Source of the DNA: Zygnema circumcarinatum SAG 698-1b
Lineage: Eukaryota; Plantae; Zygnematophyceae
Assembly: GCA_037447605.1 (NCBI GenBank)
Contig: CM074805.1
Span: 3,071,361-3,135,360 of the forward strand
Length of the DNA: 64,000 bases
Reading direction: 5' to 3'
The notes beneath the pieces were generated by a model that ran no database searches, was not told the DNA's origin, and worked only from the letters and a program-made list of their open reading frames with translations. Shown here piece by piece: positions 1 through 13,800 of the stretch (position 1 is its first letter; each line of letters begins with the position of its first letter). Position numbers and translations under genes: made by a program.

Positions 1-246
1 CCACAATGGAGACTGATTACGATCTCATTGCAACCACACATTGGCTCAGTCAGACCCCTCCCAACTGCAGTAGAAGAACTGCTGGGGCCTTCACTCAGGG
101 AGTCGTGAAAAGAAGATTGACATCCGAACAAAAGTGCTAAGACTAGAAGTAGAGACCTCCTTGTGGATGATGTTGTTGTGATTGACCTTTACAACTATTA
201 GTTCGAAACCTTACAAGAAAATCCTGAGACCCGCCTCCCACTGACA

Positions 247-3200
247 CTACTTTGTCTTCCCGCCTCTCCCTTGCCGACCTCTACCACCTCCCCCTCTACC
301 TCCGCCCCCCCTCCGTCCCCCTCTACCCCTTTGGGTAGTCGCGGCTTCTGGCTCTCGAGTAACACGAGACTCCTTAGAACTGTTATCTCCGACAAGCCCT
401 GCAATGGCCCACACCACATCTTTATGGATTAGTGGAAGCTGCTGCATGATCAGCAGAAACTGGTCAGAACCTGAGGCTGAACCTGTTCATGCAGTCTGAC
501 CACTTGCACTCAAACTGTAATACAAATGCAAGTGCAAGTGCACCCAAACTATTAGTTTCACTAATCGCAAGGAACAGCAAAATGCATCAGCATTAGGCAA
601 AGGAAGGCAAGTCACCTGAGCCATCATTAGCAGAAGCTTCTGGCCCAGAAATCCAGAAGAACACATCCATTTACAATGTCAGCTCGCAATTCTTTCGCTT
701 CTCTGCTGTACCGTTGAGGCATTAAAAAAAGACGAAGAAAACACCCAGCAATCAAAGTCTATGCAAGACATTTTAAGTGCGACCTCACCTTCCAAGTCTG
801 CATCTTCCTCTTCTTCCTCTTCAGCAACTTCCTCTGCAGCCCAACAATGTTGTCACTCACCCATCTTCAGCGACTGCTGCAACAGGTGATGATGCATAGT
901 TGAGAGCTGCTTGCCACACAGAAATTGATGCAAGGCGTTCGGTCCCAAGGAAGAGGGCTCACCTTCGATGGCTACAGGCACGTCCGCATCCGCCATGTTG
1001 CTTGCATCAAAGCCACCAATGGCCTTCTTCTTGGCTGCCTTCTTCTGCCGCATCCCGGGAACTTCCGGCAGGAGATCAGCAGCCTTCACTCTGCCCTCAT
1101 GTTTGCGGAAAGTTCGCGTCAATTGGCTCTTCACTGCGGGGGGGATGCTCGCATATGCGTCCGGCATGCCCTGCCCATAGAACAAGCAAGAGCTCTGCTT
1201 GAGAAGAAAGCACCGACCAGAGGAATTTGACATACCAGATATCGATGTTCAATGAAGGACTGACAACTTTTTGCACATTTTCTTCGCTCCTCTCCGAGAG
1301 TATAGGTGGGTGGGGGCTCAAAGTGCCGTGTTCAAATGCTGGAAATGATGTTATAAGGAGGAGCTACAACTCGCAGGAATGGAGGCTGCACGATGTTCAC
1401 CTTAAAGGTAGTAATTGCGAACGCAGTCTCGAGGTCCTCGGTGGTGAGAGAATATGCCACCAGAAGGTCCGCTGCCTCGTCCACTGCCTTGTCCTGCAGA
1501 GAAACCGTCCAAGAATTCAACGATCGTATTAGCTTGTGAAGATAAATCTCAGTGTGCTGAAGCAAACTGGATCAAGAAGATTCAGCTAAGTGTTTCAAAA
1601 CAAGAGTCGCTAGATGGAAGGGGCCAAAAAGCAGCTACAACAGTTTAGAGGGAGAAAACTGGGCTTGCTTTGAGAGCCGCAACAATTCGCTCTGTCAGGA
1701 TTGGTAGGTAGTCTAACCGAACGCCGAACCTGATATGAACAAATCCAAACAACGTGGAGAAGCCACGTGTGAGCCTTATGATCATGTCAAACTGAAGCAC
1801 AACAGCTTCACCAGAAAGAAACAATAGTCGTTCCATCCTTTGTAACTGACCTCGTTGGTTCCGATATCCTGGAAGCGAGCATGTGGGAGTGCAGGCTATC
1901 CAGCAAACGCGTGTTCTTTCCTGCAGTCGAATTCTTCCCGAGCCATCCTGGAAACCGGTTGAAGTTCATCTCTCCCTGGCCACCATGGCGGACAGAAAAA
2001 GGAATGATCAGTGACACGAAAATGAATGCTAAGGCTTCCTCTATGTGACAATGGGGGAACTTGGGTAAGCAATTGGAGTAACAGGTTCAACCACTGTTAT
2101 GGTACTACAACAAGGCACTCAAATTCCGCACAGTTACCTTCATGGGGCTTTTCCTCATTTGCTGGATATATGGAGCAAAAATGCACTATAAAGAACCATG
2201 AGGTGGGTTTAACCTCGATACTCATTAGCAAAATTAGCATAACAAGCTAATCTGTGGGGGGAGCAGACGATAGAAACGAGCACACTTCAGATCAAAAAGA
2301 GCAAAAAAAACGAACACACACCTGCGTCAAGACCTCTCTCCGTCCGTGCACTATCGATCCCCTGCAACGCCATACCGGCATACCCACCCAAAACGCAAGT
2401 CAGTCAGCACGGAACACCTGCGAGGAAACCCAAACATATCGAACATGCCCGGCGTGCATGCAGACGCATGCAAAGGTCGGTCTGTGTGCCGTACGGGAGC
2501 ACGGAGGACATGACGGCGGCGAATGGCAAATGCTGCCACTGCTGCCGCCGCCGTACGACCGTATTCACTTGGTCTCCCCCTGCAATTGCATCGGCGGCGC
2601 GGGCCGCCCTCTCCATGCATTCCACTCCCTGGGGGTCCGCCCCGGCTGCTTGGGGACGGTAGTTCAGGTAGTTTTCCTGCAGCAGGATGATTCAAAATGA
2701 CTTTTTAGGAATTGAATATGTCTTATGAATATGACTACTGCTCTGCTGCTTCGAGGCGGCAGGAAATTGCACGCACAGGTGAGAAGTTTCTGGCAAAGCA
2801 AAGGCTGGAAAGGTTCGTTGCGAAGAGTTCTGACCTGCACCATCAATGGCACGAGATCGATGTCGGCCATGGCTGCATCGAGGCGAGCGTCAAGGCGAAG
2901 GCGGCCGGCCTCCATGCCCAGCAGTCTGAACATGCAGAAGCATGGCCACTACCAGTGATAAGAGGAGAAAATCGCACCAATAGGACTGTTTGCCTTCAAC
3001 AGTCACATGGACCAGAAAAAAGAAACGATAATTTTGGAAGCAAAACTAGCTGGGTTATTGAAGAGCCCGGAGAGCAAACAATCACACATGCACATGGAGG
3101 TTTACAAGAGGCATGAGGTCTGTTTGGGGGGTCATTTCCATTAATAGCCGCAGGCATTTTTCATATACTTCAGCTCAGACGGAGATTCCCTTTCCCTGAA

Positions 3201-6200
3201 AAGATTGTCTGTCCTATTGCGTTGCTGGCAATCAAGTGCAATTGGCAAACGGTCTACTTCCTGGGACTGAAAGGCATACCTGTCAACTGCAGCCATCGGC
3301 CGCAGCTCTTCGTCTTTTGCATTCGACTGCAAACGTGAGCGGATATCGGCGTATGAGAGATTGCGCGTTGTGAGCGTTGCATACTGAAGCTGGTTCAGAG
3401 CAAGACGCATGTCCCCGCCCACGCGCTCTGCCAACTCTTCCAAAGCCATCTGTGAAAGTGCAACAGGCAATTAACGGCCAGTTGTTGAAAGCCATGACAT
3501 ATGGGTTTGTGATCTCTCCATGCAATCGAAGACTTCCATCCCCAGTTCCTCGACTTCACGAGCATTCAATTGGTGTGAATTAACTAAAATGGGTTTTCTG
3601 CACTACGCATTCAAGCAGCCTCCATTGCAAGGAACCTGGCAGTAACGATTGCAGAAAGCTGACAGACTGTAAGGAGCTTGCATTAGTGGCATGATTCCTA
3701 CACATTCCTGCACTGAAAATTCTCTGTGTATACTAAAAAATCTTTGAGTATGTTGTTAGCACAGAAAGGTCGCTTCACTCCAGCTGTCCTCGCACTAATG
3801 CAATTCCTCTTGCTCACATCTGGAATCTGAAGCTTTTCTTGTGTTGCCACATATCGAAGCCTCTTTGCCATCTGCCCCAACAGAAGAGAAAAGAACGAAA
3901 CCATGTCAGATTCAGCTCTGGTCCACACGTTTTGCGATATGCCAAAATCTCATTGTTCAACCGTAGATGCAAAGAAAACTCAAACTGAACACGACCGGCA
4001 TCAAGCACGACTCTTGCAAACATGCGATCTTCCTCCCTTCTTGACAGAAGGCGTGTGTCCACTCTCACCCCCCTCCTTCCTCTCTCTCCCCCACCTGCTG
4101 CTTGGTGGGTTTGCGGAAGTTGAGCAGCAAGCAGTGCCCCGCCAACGCCTGCAGCTGCCGCGCATAGCGGTCGTTGCAGATGCAGATTATGGGCACACGG
4201 CTCGCCCTAATGCTCGCGATTAGGTCCGCAACGCCGCCGCGGTCGCCGCCGGACATGCCGTCCACCTCGTCCATTATGAGCACAGCGCGGGGCTTCTCGC
4301 CGCTGTTACTGCCACCACCCAGCCAGGGCTGCCCTGCTGGTCATTCGTGCAGTCCAACACGACTGCTTCGCAGTTTTGGGTAGAGAATAATGGTCTATCC
4401 GAGTGGTGTGCGCCTCTACCAGCAAGCTCAACATGAACTGGGATTCAGCTACTTGGACAAATTCCTGCAGGTTTATGTTCTGGAAAAGGTTGGCTCACCC
4501 TGCTAGAGCGAGGGACATGTTGCTGACCATCTCCTTTACAGAGTTTGCTGTTTTCCCGCCCATACCATTAAGGATTTTTGCGTCGGCTTTGCTTCGGGTG
4601 TCGCTAGCATTGACCTGCACATAAGGTACAAATTCTTGAAACATTCTCACGAACATAGGTACCTTCCAGCGGGACGACTACAAAAAAGCATCTTTAGTTA
4701 TTCTTTATTTCAGTTATTTAATCAATAACTTCATAACTAAATGCTGGCTCACACATAATGACAGATTACGTCATGCCCAGTGCGGAAACCTCGGTGTTTA
4801 GTCGACCCGATACATACCCTATGACAGCAGCAGAAAGGAAGGAATGATGGAAGAAATTCCGATGCGTACTTGACCATTCGGTCATGAGCAATATCAAAAA
4901 ACCAAATCAACTATCCGACATTCCCAACACACTTACTAACACCTCTTTCTGCTCGATACAGATCCATTACATTGAAGGAGCTCCGAAAAATGATGGGTCA
5001 CCCATCACAGCACATAGGCAGCCCTATCCACGAGCCTTAATAAACCTCATCACTGCCTGCCAGGTGAGAGCATCCCTCCATTCAAAACCCCCGGTTGTGC
5101 CAACCAAGCAACTAACCTCCATGACAGTAAACCCGAGCTCTTGGGCAACAAGCTTAGCCGTTGTCGTCTTCCCAATGCCGGGAGTGCCGCTGATGAGAAC
5201 TGCTTTCTTGGCCCCTGCTTTGCTGCCACTCGAACCTTTCCTCCCTTGCTTTGCAGACGAACCAGATTGCGCCACGTGCCACTGCTGCAGCCATTCCCGG
5301 AGCTGCTTCACCTGCAAATCAACCACAAACAATTATGGGGCACATTTCCAACGCTTGCATGCAGGTTTCAAGGAACGAACAGGGGTGTCAGCTCAATGCC
5401 TCGTCCAAAACAAAATACCACTCAGACTTTGCTCCACTTCTAGCAGTTGAAGGTGGGAAGAAACGCTGCAAGATGGTTCCCTAAAGCCGAAAATGGCAGT
5501 GCTGTTCCAACGTACCATTACTGGATTGGCCACGACGTCATTTGTTGTTTTTGGGGCATACTTTTGAGGCCATGCCTCCATCTCAGCACCAGCTATTGAC
5601 TGAGGCAGTGAAGCTTTTCCTTTGGGAGTGGAAAGTGGGGACATGGAGGGGGCTGCTTTCTTCTTTGGGGAGGGTACAGGCAGGTCCTCCGGAGCTTCCC
5701 GCTTTCCCGGAAGTTTCGCCTCAGGCAGCGCTTCTGCACTCACAGTCAAAGTCGTGTCTGGAAAGAGATTCAAGTTTAGTTCGGAAAAGTCACATTTTGA
5801 AGATGGAAGAGGGACCACATGCAACCCCGCTCCTCACTGATCATGTATTCAGCTAGTCATTCCTACTGTTATATACGAAATCCTTTAAGATATTCCCACA
5901 AGACGATCGTATAACCAATACCCACTTGCAGGAGAAGACTTGAACTTCTTCGGAGTCCGAGCTGCTGCAGCTTTAATGAGGCCAAAAAGTCCGTCTTCTG
6001 TCAGAAGCGGTACTCTGCCAAACCCCCCTTGCCAGTGCAACTGTGAGCGTTCCTGGGAGCAATAATTATCCCTGACCCTAACTGGTCTGCTTATAAAGCT
6101 AACAGCATAGACAGGTTTAATTCCGAAAATGCAAGTGAAATGTCCTTTATAGAGATTGGATTCCCAACATTCCATTCCACAAGACGAACGCCCTTGAAAG

Positions 6201-8971
6201 CTGCTTTGCAGAAGGAAGGGCCTTCAGCCTCCACTTTGGCTTAGGCTTCACCAAAACACCGATCATGCTCCCTTGCTATGTGATCAAGATAACCCAGCCC
6301 TCCAAAATCCTTCCAACAAGAAATACGATGACTTTTCAACCTCAACTGAGGCAGCAAGTGAAAAGGAGGTAATGAGGAGTTTAAAAAGTGACGTAAATGA
6401 GCAAGCAGGAGTGACAACCTCGAACTGATTCACAGGTGGTCTGATAGTTCCACACCTATATTTCCACTGTCCTCCAAGGTATGGATGTTAGGGGAAAATA
6501 GTGAGATGCGAAAGGTTGCCATAAGCTGACTTCAATGATATCTAAAAGGCAAAAGAGGAGTAAATGCAAGTACCCCAACTCCTTGGCCTTCTGTGATTTT
6601 CGACCGCCGATATCCTCATCTGCAAGCAGATATGACTACACAGCAAAGGTAACAAAACCATCAGCACGTAACAAAGCAGCATCAAGCAAGTTTGCACTTG
6701 CAAATTCTAGACAATAATCTATGCAAACATGTTCTGAGGTGGACTATGCTGATTTCGATCCCAGCTTAAGGTGGCAGGAAACCGTGTAATAACTTGTTCA
6801 CTCAGGAAGCAGGTTGTTCAACTAATGACACTGTTGATTCTCTCGGCAGAAACTAATGAAAGACAGCTCAGCTTCGGTTAAGAAATAGACTCGAATTGGT
6901 TGAAACTTACTCTATTCCATTCCACATCTTGCAAACTCAAACAGCACTCACAAGTGCGCAAGACACGGCGTTTTACCGTACGCGACAATACCAATGGAAG
7001 GAAGAGTGTCATGAAGCACGAGCAAGGTCAAGAAGCTTACGGTTTTCCCACTAACAGCTGACGTTATTCTTCCGCCATGGCTCTTTATCAAGTCCTCCGC
7101 CTCCTCTCTCTCCAGGCTAACCATGTCAAGGCAGCAAGGCCGCACCAATGAGTTAGCGATATGATACGGCAAGAAAGAAAGTCGATAGGCAAAGCACTTA
7201 TGGAGACAGCAGACTTTTCTTGTGCACAGGTAACTGAATTTGCTTCGAGAATTGCAGCACTCTTAGACGTGTTCTGTCAAAGCACAAGGCAAGGCCCAAA
7301 AACACAAGTCACTTTCTACTATGCAATAAAATCGGCTGAAAACTCGTTTGCGACCAAATCAGTATGTCCTTTTCTTGCGAATACATTCTTCCCAGGTCAT
7401 GTTTGTGGACATACCTGTCTAAAGTGCCGCTGATAACAAAGGTCAATCCTGAAAGAGCATCTTCAGGTCCTTGTGGAACTTCCTGCAAAATTCGTCTTGT
7501 GGAGTTTGTCATGACCAAATATTTGTAAAAAGCGAGTATACTTAAGAAGTATCCCCACACGCTGCTGCTTTTAAAGAGGAATTCATTTAGACAGCGAGTC
7601 TCCATCACGCAACAGATTCAAAAGACGTAATTGAATTGCTCTATAAAACCGCTGGGTCCTTTGACTAAGAAATACCCTGAACACATCCGGACTAGGATAA
7701 CAAACTGACCAATTGCACAGTAATTGACATCACCTTTTCGCCTTTATGTGGTGGGGGAGCTCTTTCAGCCATGAAACCTCCTCCCCAGCCTCCCCTACCT
7801 CTGCCAGCTGAAGGTTTGCTGGCAGGCGTAGTTGGCTTGCTGGCAGCTGGTACAGCAGAACCACGGCCATTGCCCCTTCCCCGACTCGCAGCTTCCGGTT
7901 CTACCTTTGCTCTTTTTGTAGCTGGTTTGGCTGATTTTCCAGCATCGCCCAGCTCTTCTTTTTCTTCCTCATCTTCAATCAAATGAATAGCTTTAGAGAC
8001 TCTTTTTTTCGGGGAGGTTGAAGGTGGTGTGGGCTGAGGGAGAGCCTTCGCATTTTTGTGAGTCGACTTCTTCAATACAGGGCTAACTGTTGTGAGCGAC
8101 GCTTTGTCTGCAGAAGATCGCGCCTTTGGAGTAAGTGCCTTCGGAGCTGCTGAAGCTTGCAATTTCTCCGAATTGGATGCCGTCGTATGGTTGCTCTGTT
8201 AATGCAAGTAGTTTGGCTTGTTAGATCGCACGGCAATCGATCACGCTCACATGGCCGACAACTGTTGGAATCTCGTGCCCATGAAGAGTTGTTTCACCAC
8301 TGACAGTCTTTGTGCAAGTTATGTCCTAACGACCCAATTCACTGAACGAGCTAAAAATAGCATTCGAGTCCTAGGACGTGGACATATGGAGAAAGTTCGA
8401 AAGAGTCACAGACAGGATTAAACGAAGTCCATTACTACTAGTTACGAGTAAAGAAATGTGTGGAGAAGACGAAATTTCATAAAAGTGTTTTTGCGAATGG
8501 GGGCTTACAGAGGCCACATTAGTTCCATCCTGGCTCTTTGCAGCGGGCTTCTTGAACCATTTTCGAATATCTTCCTGTCAGAAAGAAAAATTATTTCAAC
8601 CGTTCAGAATCATCATTCGGCCACATTCACGCCAACTAGGAACGCTTCAATGTTTCAGAGGGCCTAATGACCCTCCGAGAGTTTAAATGCCTAATCTCTC
8701 TAACCACTTGCATTCTTCCTTAGCAATAAATTTCCGTAAGAGCTTCAATTTCTGACTCAGCAGCTAAAATATGACCTCAAACAAACCATCAAAGGAATGC
8801 TTTCTCAAATGATGAGTAGGGTCGTGGCTGAGGCACGCCCGAATCGTGCAGGAGAAAACCATTCAAGCTCCATTAATGAACACATGCATACATGCATACA
8901 TGCACGCACGCGTGCTTGCATGCATCCTGCCTCTTCGGCCACTGGGGAGAAGGTGCGCTCGCACTCACCAT
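247..8971 (-). CDS. RFC1: Replication factor C subunit 1 (multi-exon)
   Basis: The ATG at 8971-8969 (GCCACCATG|GTGAGT) splices to EDIRKWFKK, matching the plant RFC1 N-terminus. BRCT exons: GLTFVISGTLD / SLEREEAEDLIKSHGGRITSAVSGKT. Walker A GTPGIGKTT (5024-5332 ORF); Walker B LIMDEVDGMSGGDRGG with PIICICNDRY; GDMRLALNQLQ; RFC1 C-domain FNRFPGWLGKNST; VKSQLTR. Acidic micro-exons (789-833, 617-640) and a final RGG-rich exon ending at TAG 249-247. Confidence 0.95.
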
Positions 8972-9023
8972 GGTGGCAGACGACCCCAGCGAGCACTCGA
9001 CCGCAGCGCAGAGGAGAGAGGGA

Positions 9024-9032
9024 GCGCGGGAA
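9024..9032 (-). promoter_or_regulatory. E2F-like site (TTCCCGCGC) about 55 bp upstream of the RFC1 ATG
   Basis: GCGCGGGAA on +. This is a near match to the E2F consensus, next to a DNA-replication gene. The motif is short, so a chance match is possible. Confidence 0.35.
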
Positions 9033-9729
9033 GGCGATGCGAATGGCGAACGGTCGCTTCCATGCGGCTGTTCTGTTGTCCTTCACGGGAGTGTTCTTGC
9101 ACTGGATGGGCTCGCCCATGCCATGTGCGGAAAGCTTCAAAGTACATGGACATGCTTGTTTTCATGTGCCATGTTACACCGCCCCCCTTCCATGTTACAG
9201 CAAGCAGAGGTGCCATGTTACCATCCATGCATGCATACCAATATTCAATATGGGCTATAAAATGCAGGGGCATGCTTGCATTCATGGTATGGTATGGATC
9301 CAATGAGATGCGCATGGACGTATGTCGAGCTTTCGTCTTTAGGGAAGAAGAGGATTGACATTGGTGTACATGAACAAAGGCAGTATGTCGAAAGTGATTT
9401 GGCCTTTTAGGTAATAGATTGGTGTATAATACGTGGGCAGGATTTTTCTCTACAGTGTTCTAATCCCGTATGATCCACTCCTAGCATATGTTTCAGAAAG
9501 TATATCGAAGTGAGCAAAACATTGACTAGCAAGAGCTGGAGACGGCTTGTCTCCAATCTGCTTGTGTTGTGTTAGGTCGGGCGGAGTCATGCATCCACTC
9601 AATCAGAGTACAAGCGAAGAACCAGCACACTGCCTTCAAGCTACAAATTTCGGAATCGCTACGCGACGCGTGCTTACATATGGATGGATCTGTGACAGAA
9701 TCCAACAAGTTCTGCGCCTTTAAACTTTT

Positions 9730-10408
9730 CACAGTTCGGACCAGTGGATCGGCAACCATTGGACAACCATTGGATGGCAATGGTTGGACGTCTACTGGTT
9801 GGCAATCAGTCGACTGGTTTGGAACCAGTGGATGCCACTGGTTGGCAACCAGTCGAATGGTTGTTTCGATCTGGCGGCACTGGTTGGCAACCAGTCGAAT
9901 GGTTATATCCATTAAATCAAATGGTTTGGCAACCATTAAATCACTAGTTGTAGCGAACTGAACGCTACAGTTACCAAAATGCCGTCTGCGTTTCGGAGTA
10001 AACTATTACGGTTCGGCCGTACAGAATCCCCGTACAACCGTACGATTTGGCTGTACGAATCCGTACGCATCTGTACGCATCAGGCTTGTTACACTAGTTG
10101 TCAACGGTTGGCAACCAACCAAAAAACACAAACGACCCATTTTTGCAAAAAGGCATAATTTCAGAAATTCAATGGTTGCCAACCATTGGATCACTGGTTC
10201 CGAACCAGTCGAATGGTTGTTTCAGTTCTGCGCCACTGGTTCGCAACCAGTCGAATGGTTGTTTCGATCCGGCGGCACTGGTTGCCAACCATTCGACTGG
10301 TTGCCAACCAGTGGCATCCACTGGTTCCAAACCAGTCGAATGGTTGTTTCTGTCCGCAACCACTGGTTGCCAACCAGTCGACTGGTTTGTCTAATGGTCC
10401 GATCTGTG
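9730..10408. mobile_element. Non-autonomous DNA transposon/MITE, family 'CACAG' copy 1 (679 bp; P-like or atypical hAT)
   Basis: TIR CACAGTTCGGACCA ... TGGTCCGATCTGTG (13/14 match). 8-bp TSD AAACTTTT at 9722-9729 and 10409-10416. Subterminal arrays of the palindrome ACTGGTTG(C/G)CAACCAGT. Confidence 0.9.
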
Positions 10409-10807
10409 AAACTTTTTCCCGTGAAAGCACAGGCATAGGAGACGACAAGTGACTCCTCTTTGAGTGGATTGACAATATTCACAAAGCAACAACACCACTC
10501 CCCTGAGGAAGGAAATGTGTCTTTTTAGCATCATGGCTAGTTGCTTCCATTCCTTCTTATAGACATGAAAAATCTACATATTAAAAGCTAGTATTACAAC
10601 AACTTTACATTCTAGTGACGAGAAATCAAGGAGTCCCAAAATGTTGAGCCGGAGTAGATCTGAACTTCCAGGAGCACATAGGCTCCTGGAAAATACGGGC
10701 CCATGCATGGATGTATTTTCCATCCGGGCCCTGTTCCAAGTCTCTTCCAGATGCTTAACTGCCCATTCGGCACGTGTGCTTGGCTGCTGTTGCTCTTGAA
10801 GGCCCTC

Positions 10808-13800
10808 TCATTCCGCACTCGAAAAAGAAAAATTGAAAAGGAGTCGAGGTCCTTTCAGATCCTTTCCCTTCTTGTCAAGGAGGGGTACACAGTGAAGGCC
10901 CTGCCGCAGGAATCCAACCGGCAGCACTGACTGCCCTCCAAAGGCATGCGGTCCCGCACGGTCATACTCATACACCTGCAGAGAAACCCCCTGAACCCCG
11001 TCAGCACTAGGCGCACAGGCACAGGCATAGCGCCACGCATTTGTACGTTCTTAGAAGGAGAAGATGCTGCTGCGTGTTAGGCATGATGGCTCCTCTCTCA
11101 CCTCTATCCTTAGAAGGGCCAGCTCCGGCACATGTAACTGAAACTCAACCTGATGGTCCTCCCAATTTGGGTGCCACTTGTCCACCTGCGTCTCAAGCCT
11201 CTTCACTGCCGTGTCTGCAGGTACACCCGCGATACCAATCTGCAGGTTGTACACAGAAACCACCAAGAAATCTTTTCAAATTATGTATTTGCAATATCGT
11301 TAGTTGATGGCAAGCTGCAGCAGTTTCACTTGTCGCCTCCACGTCAGACTGGTTCATGAAGGATTCGCATATTAACCTTGTTGCAGAAGGTATTTCCTAG
11401 TGGATTCTTCACCTTTTTCATCAGCTTGCTTCAAACAATCACGGCAACACCTCAGTTTGCACTATCCTCCCTCGTCTTAGGAACAAACCTTCACATAAAA
11501 ATCTGGTGGAGAAAAGCGATCGAAATATGTCCTTCCAAAGCGCTCCAACCATCCTGTTCCCATCACAATTCTCACCTGCAACAAAGTCCTGCAGTGTTGG
11601 ACTTTTCTCACTACTCAAGTCACAATTCTCCAAAGTTTGGCTAGCCGCCATCAAGTACATGAAAAATTTCTCCCATTAAACAAAATGAACAAGGGTCCCA
11701 CCTGGAGGATAGTCCTCACTGGCCCCGGGCACTGAGGGTTCCAATATTCAAAGCCGTGGTCCTCCCCATTCTGCTGTTCACTTCCCTTTTCTCGCTTTTT
11801 TAAGAAGAAAGGTGGCTTCTTTACGAAACCGCACCCTCCATTGCCTAAAAAGAACCCATGAACAAGCCACAGAGGGCGACCGTATCCCTGCAAAGGTACA
11901 GAAATCCAGAGTTTCATCAAATGCATGGGTTTCAGAATTACCTTGTTCAAGTACAAACTTGCTGGCGATAGTTTCCTTCAATGACTCATCTAACTGCTTT
12001 AACCTTCATAACGACTTCAACACTCTTTGCATGGCTGTAACGACTGGTTGTAGATTCTGAAAATTCAAATAACCTTTCAAAAGCTCCATTTACATTCCAA
12101 CTTTCAGAGTCGCAACAGCATCTCAAGCGGAGTGATTCTTGACTTTCACTCTTCCATTGCTGTTGCGTCTCCGATAGAAACTCTACTTATGCATACGTAA
12201 GTGGTATGACCCCGGTCTGCCATTACCTCTCGCTTGTGCTTTCACGCTTCCCTCATACCCACCACCGCTTGCTACTCTTCTATTCCCCATGTAGTGCTCC
12301 TTAACAGCTTTCAGGGTCCATCTTGCAAACAAAGCCGAGCACACTCATGATTCTCTCCAACCGAGACCATGACCGAGGAGCACATACTCCCCTGATTAAA
12401 TAACGAATAGTTGGAAGATGCATGTGAATGCTTGCCTGCATATTGATGGCCACCATCTGTGCACCATGTGTCCAGGAAAGTAGCGGATTATAGTTGCTGG
12501 AGTCAACACGCATGCCTTTTGGATAGATACGCAGCAGGTTTCGCTGAGTGAACCTGTCAAACACCGTCATGTTATCTCGTTCTCTGAGATCTTCGACATA
12601 ACATATAATGACCTTTTTCTGCATAGAATTTTACAAATGCAATCACCTATACAGAGAAGTTTTCTCAGTTTCAAGCCATCTGCAATTAAATAATCTGAAA
12701 GACGGATGTTACCTTAAGAGGTCATCTGGATGGCCCTTGGCCACTGCTGCAAGCTGCACCTCACTTAGGCTCACTCGCTTGGCAGAGGTCCCATCCATAA
12801 GGGACACTCTCACAGCTTCTCCGCGCATTCGCCCGCCTGCAATAGTGATCATGCGTGCATACACTGCCTTCTCCCCCAATGGCTCCTTCGTGCTATCCAT
12901 TACTGGCAGATTTACATGTGGGGGCACAGCGTCAGCGCCCCCGGCGGTTTCCTTCTGTAGCACGGGCAGCTCCTTGATGGTGCTTTCATCTTCAGAGCTG
13001 TCCATATCGCCAAGGGATGCCTGCCAGCACCTCAACTTTCTGCCTGTCAGTCACTCTCAAGGTGCAACATCAGAATAACACAGCACAAAAAACGGCCAGT
13101 TGCTTGTAAGTTTGTTCTCAAGTAACGCCCAACCTTCAACAATGGTGCAAAAAATAGAGATCTTCTCTTTTCCGAGGAGACATTACAAAGCAGAGTCTGC
13201 TCTTCTACCCATGTGTATCCAACTACCATAAGAGGCTTGAACAAATTGTAAACACTCACGCGCTATATCAAGAATAACCCGACTCCTACGGAGAATACCA
13301 TATAAACATTGTTCAAATTACTACTTGTGGGGAGGAAGCATAGTGCACAAGTAGCTTGCAGAATGCAACATCGACATCAATGGATAGGATCTATATGACC
13401 GTCCCTAAAAAACGCAGACAAACGTCAGTTAGCCCATCAAGGAATTGAGAGAAACTCCCAGGCAATGTATCGAATGCTCCTGAGAGCAGCTATGAAAGAT
13501 CTCCCTGCACAATGGAGAGAGCCATACAGAGTTATGCTGTGGATTGAATTCTCCCCAGGTCATCGCATCCGCATCCCCTACACTCCACATCCGTTCAAAT
13601 GACGAGCTTGAACCCTTCGAGCTTTCCGACTTATTATTTTTTGGCAATTTATCTTCTAACCCCGATATTCTTTGACTTTCTGTGCCAGAGGCTCCATTAC
13701 TCGAAGCAGAGGAAAGTGTCTTGCTTGATGCTGTGCAATTCGATGGATCCTCCTTCGGCGGCTGTGTGGAGATGATAATCCGCTCCTTGAGCTCTTCTGG

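Noticed and set aside
9730-9736. CACAGTT terminus resembling the RAG/Transib heptamer CACAGTG
   Set aside because: Transib makes 5-bp TSDs; these elements have clear 8-bp TSDs and no nonamer.
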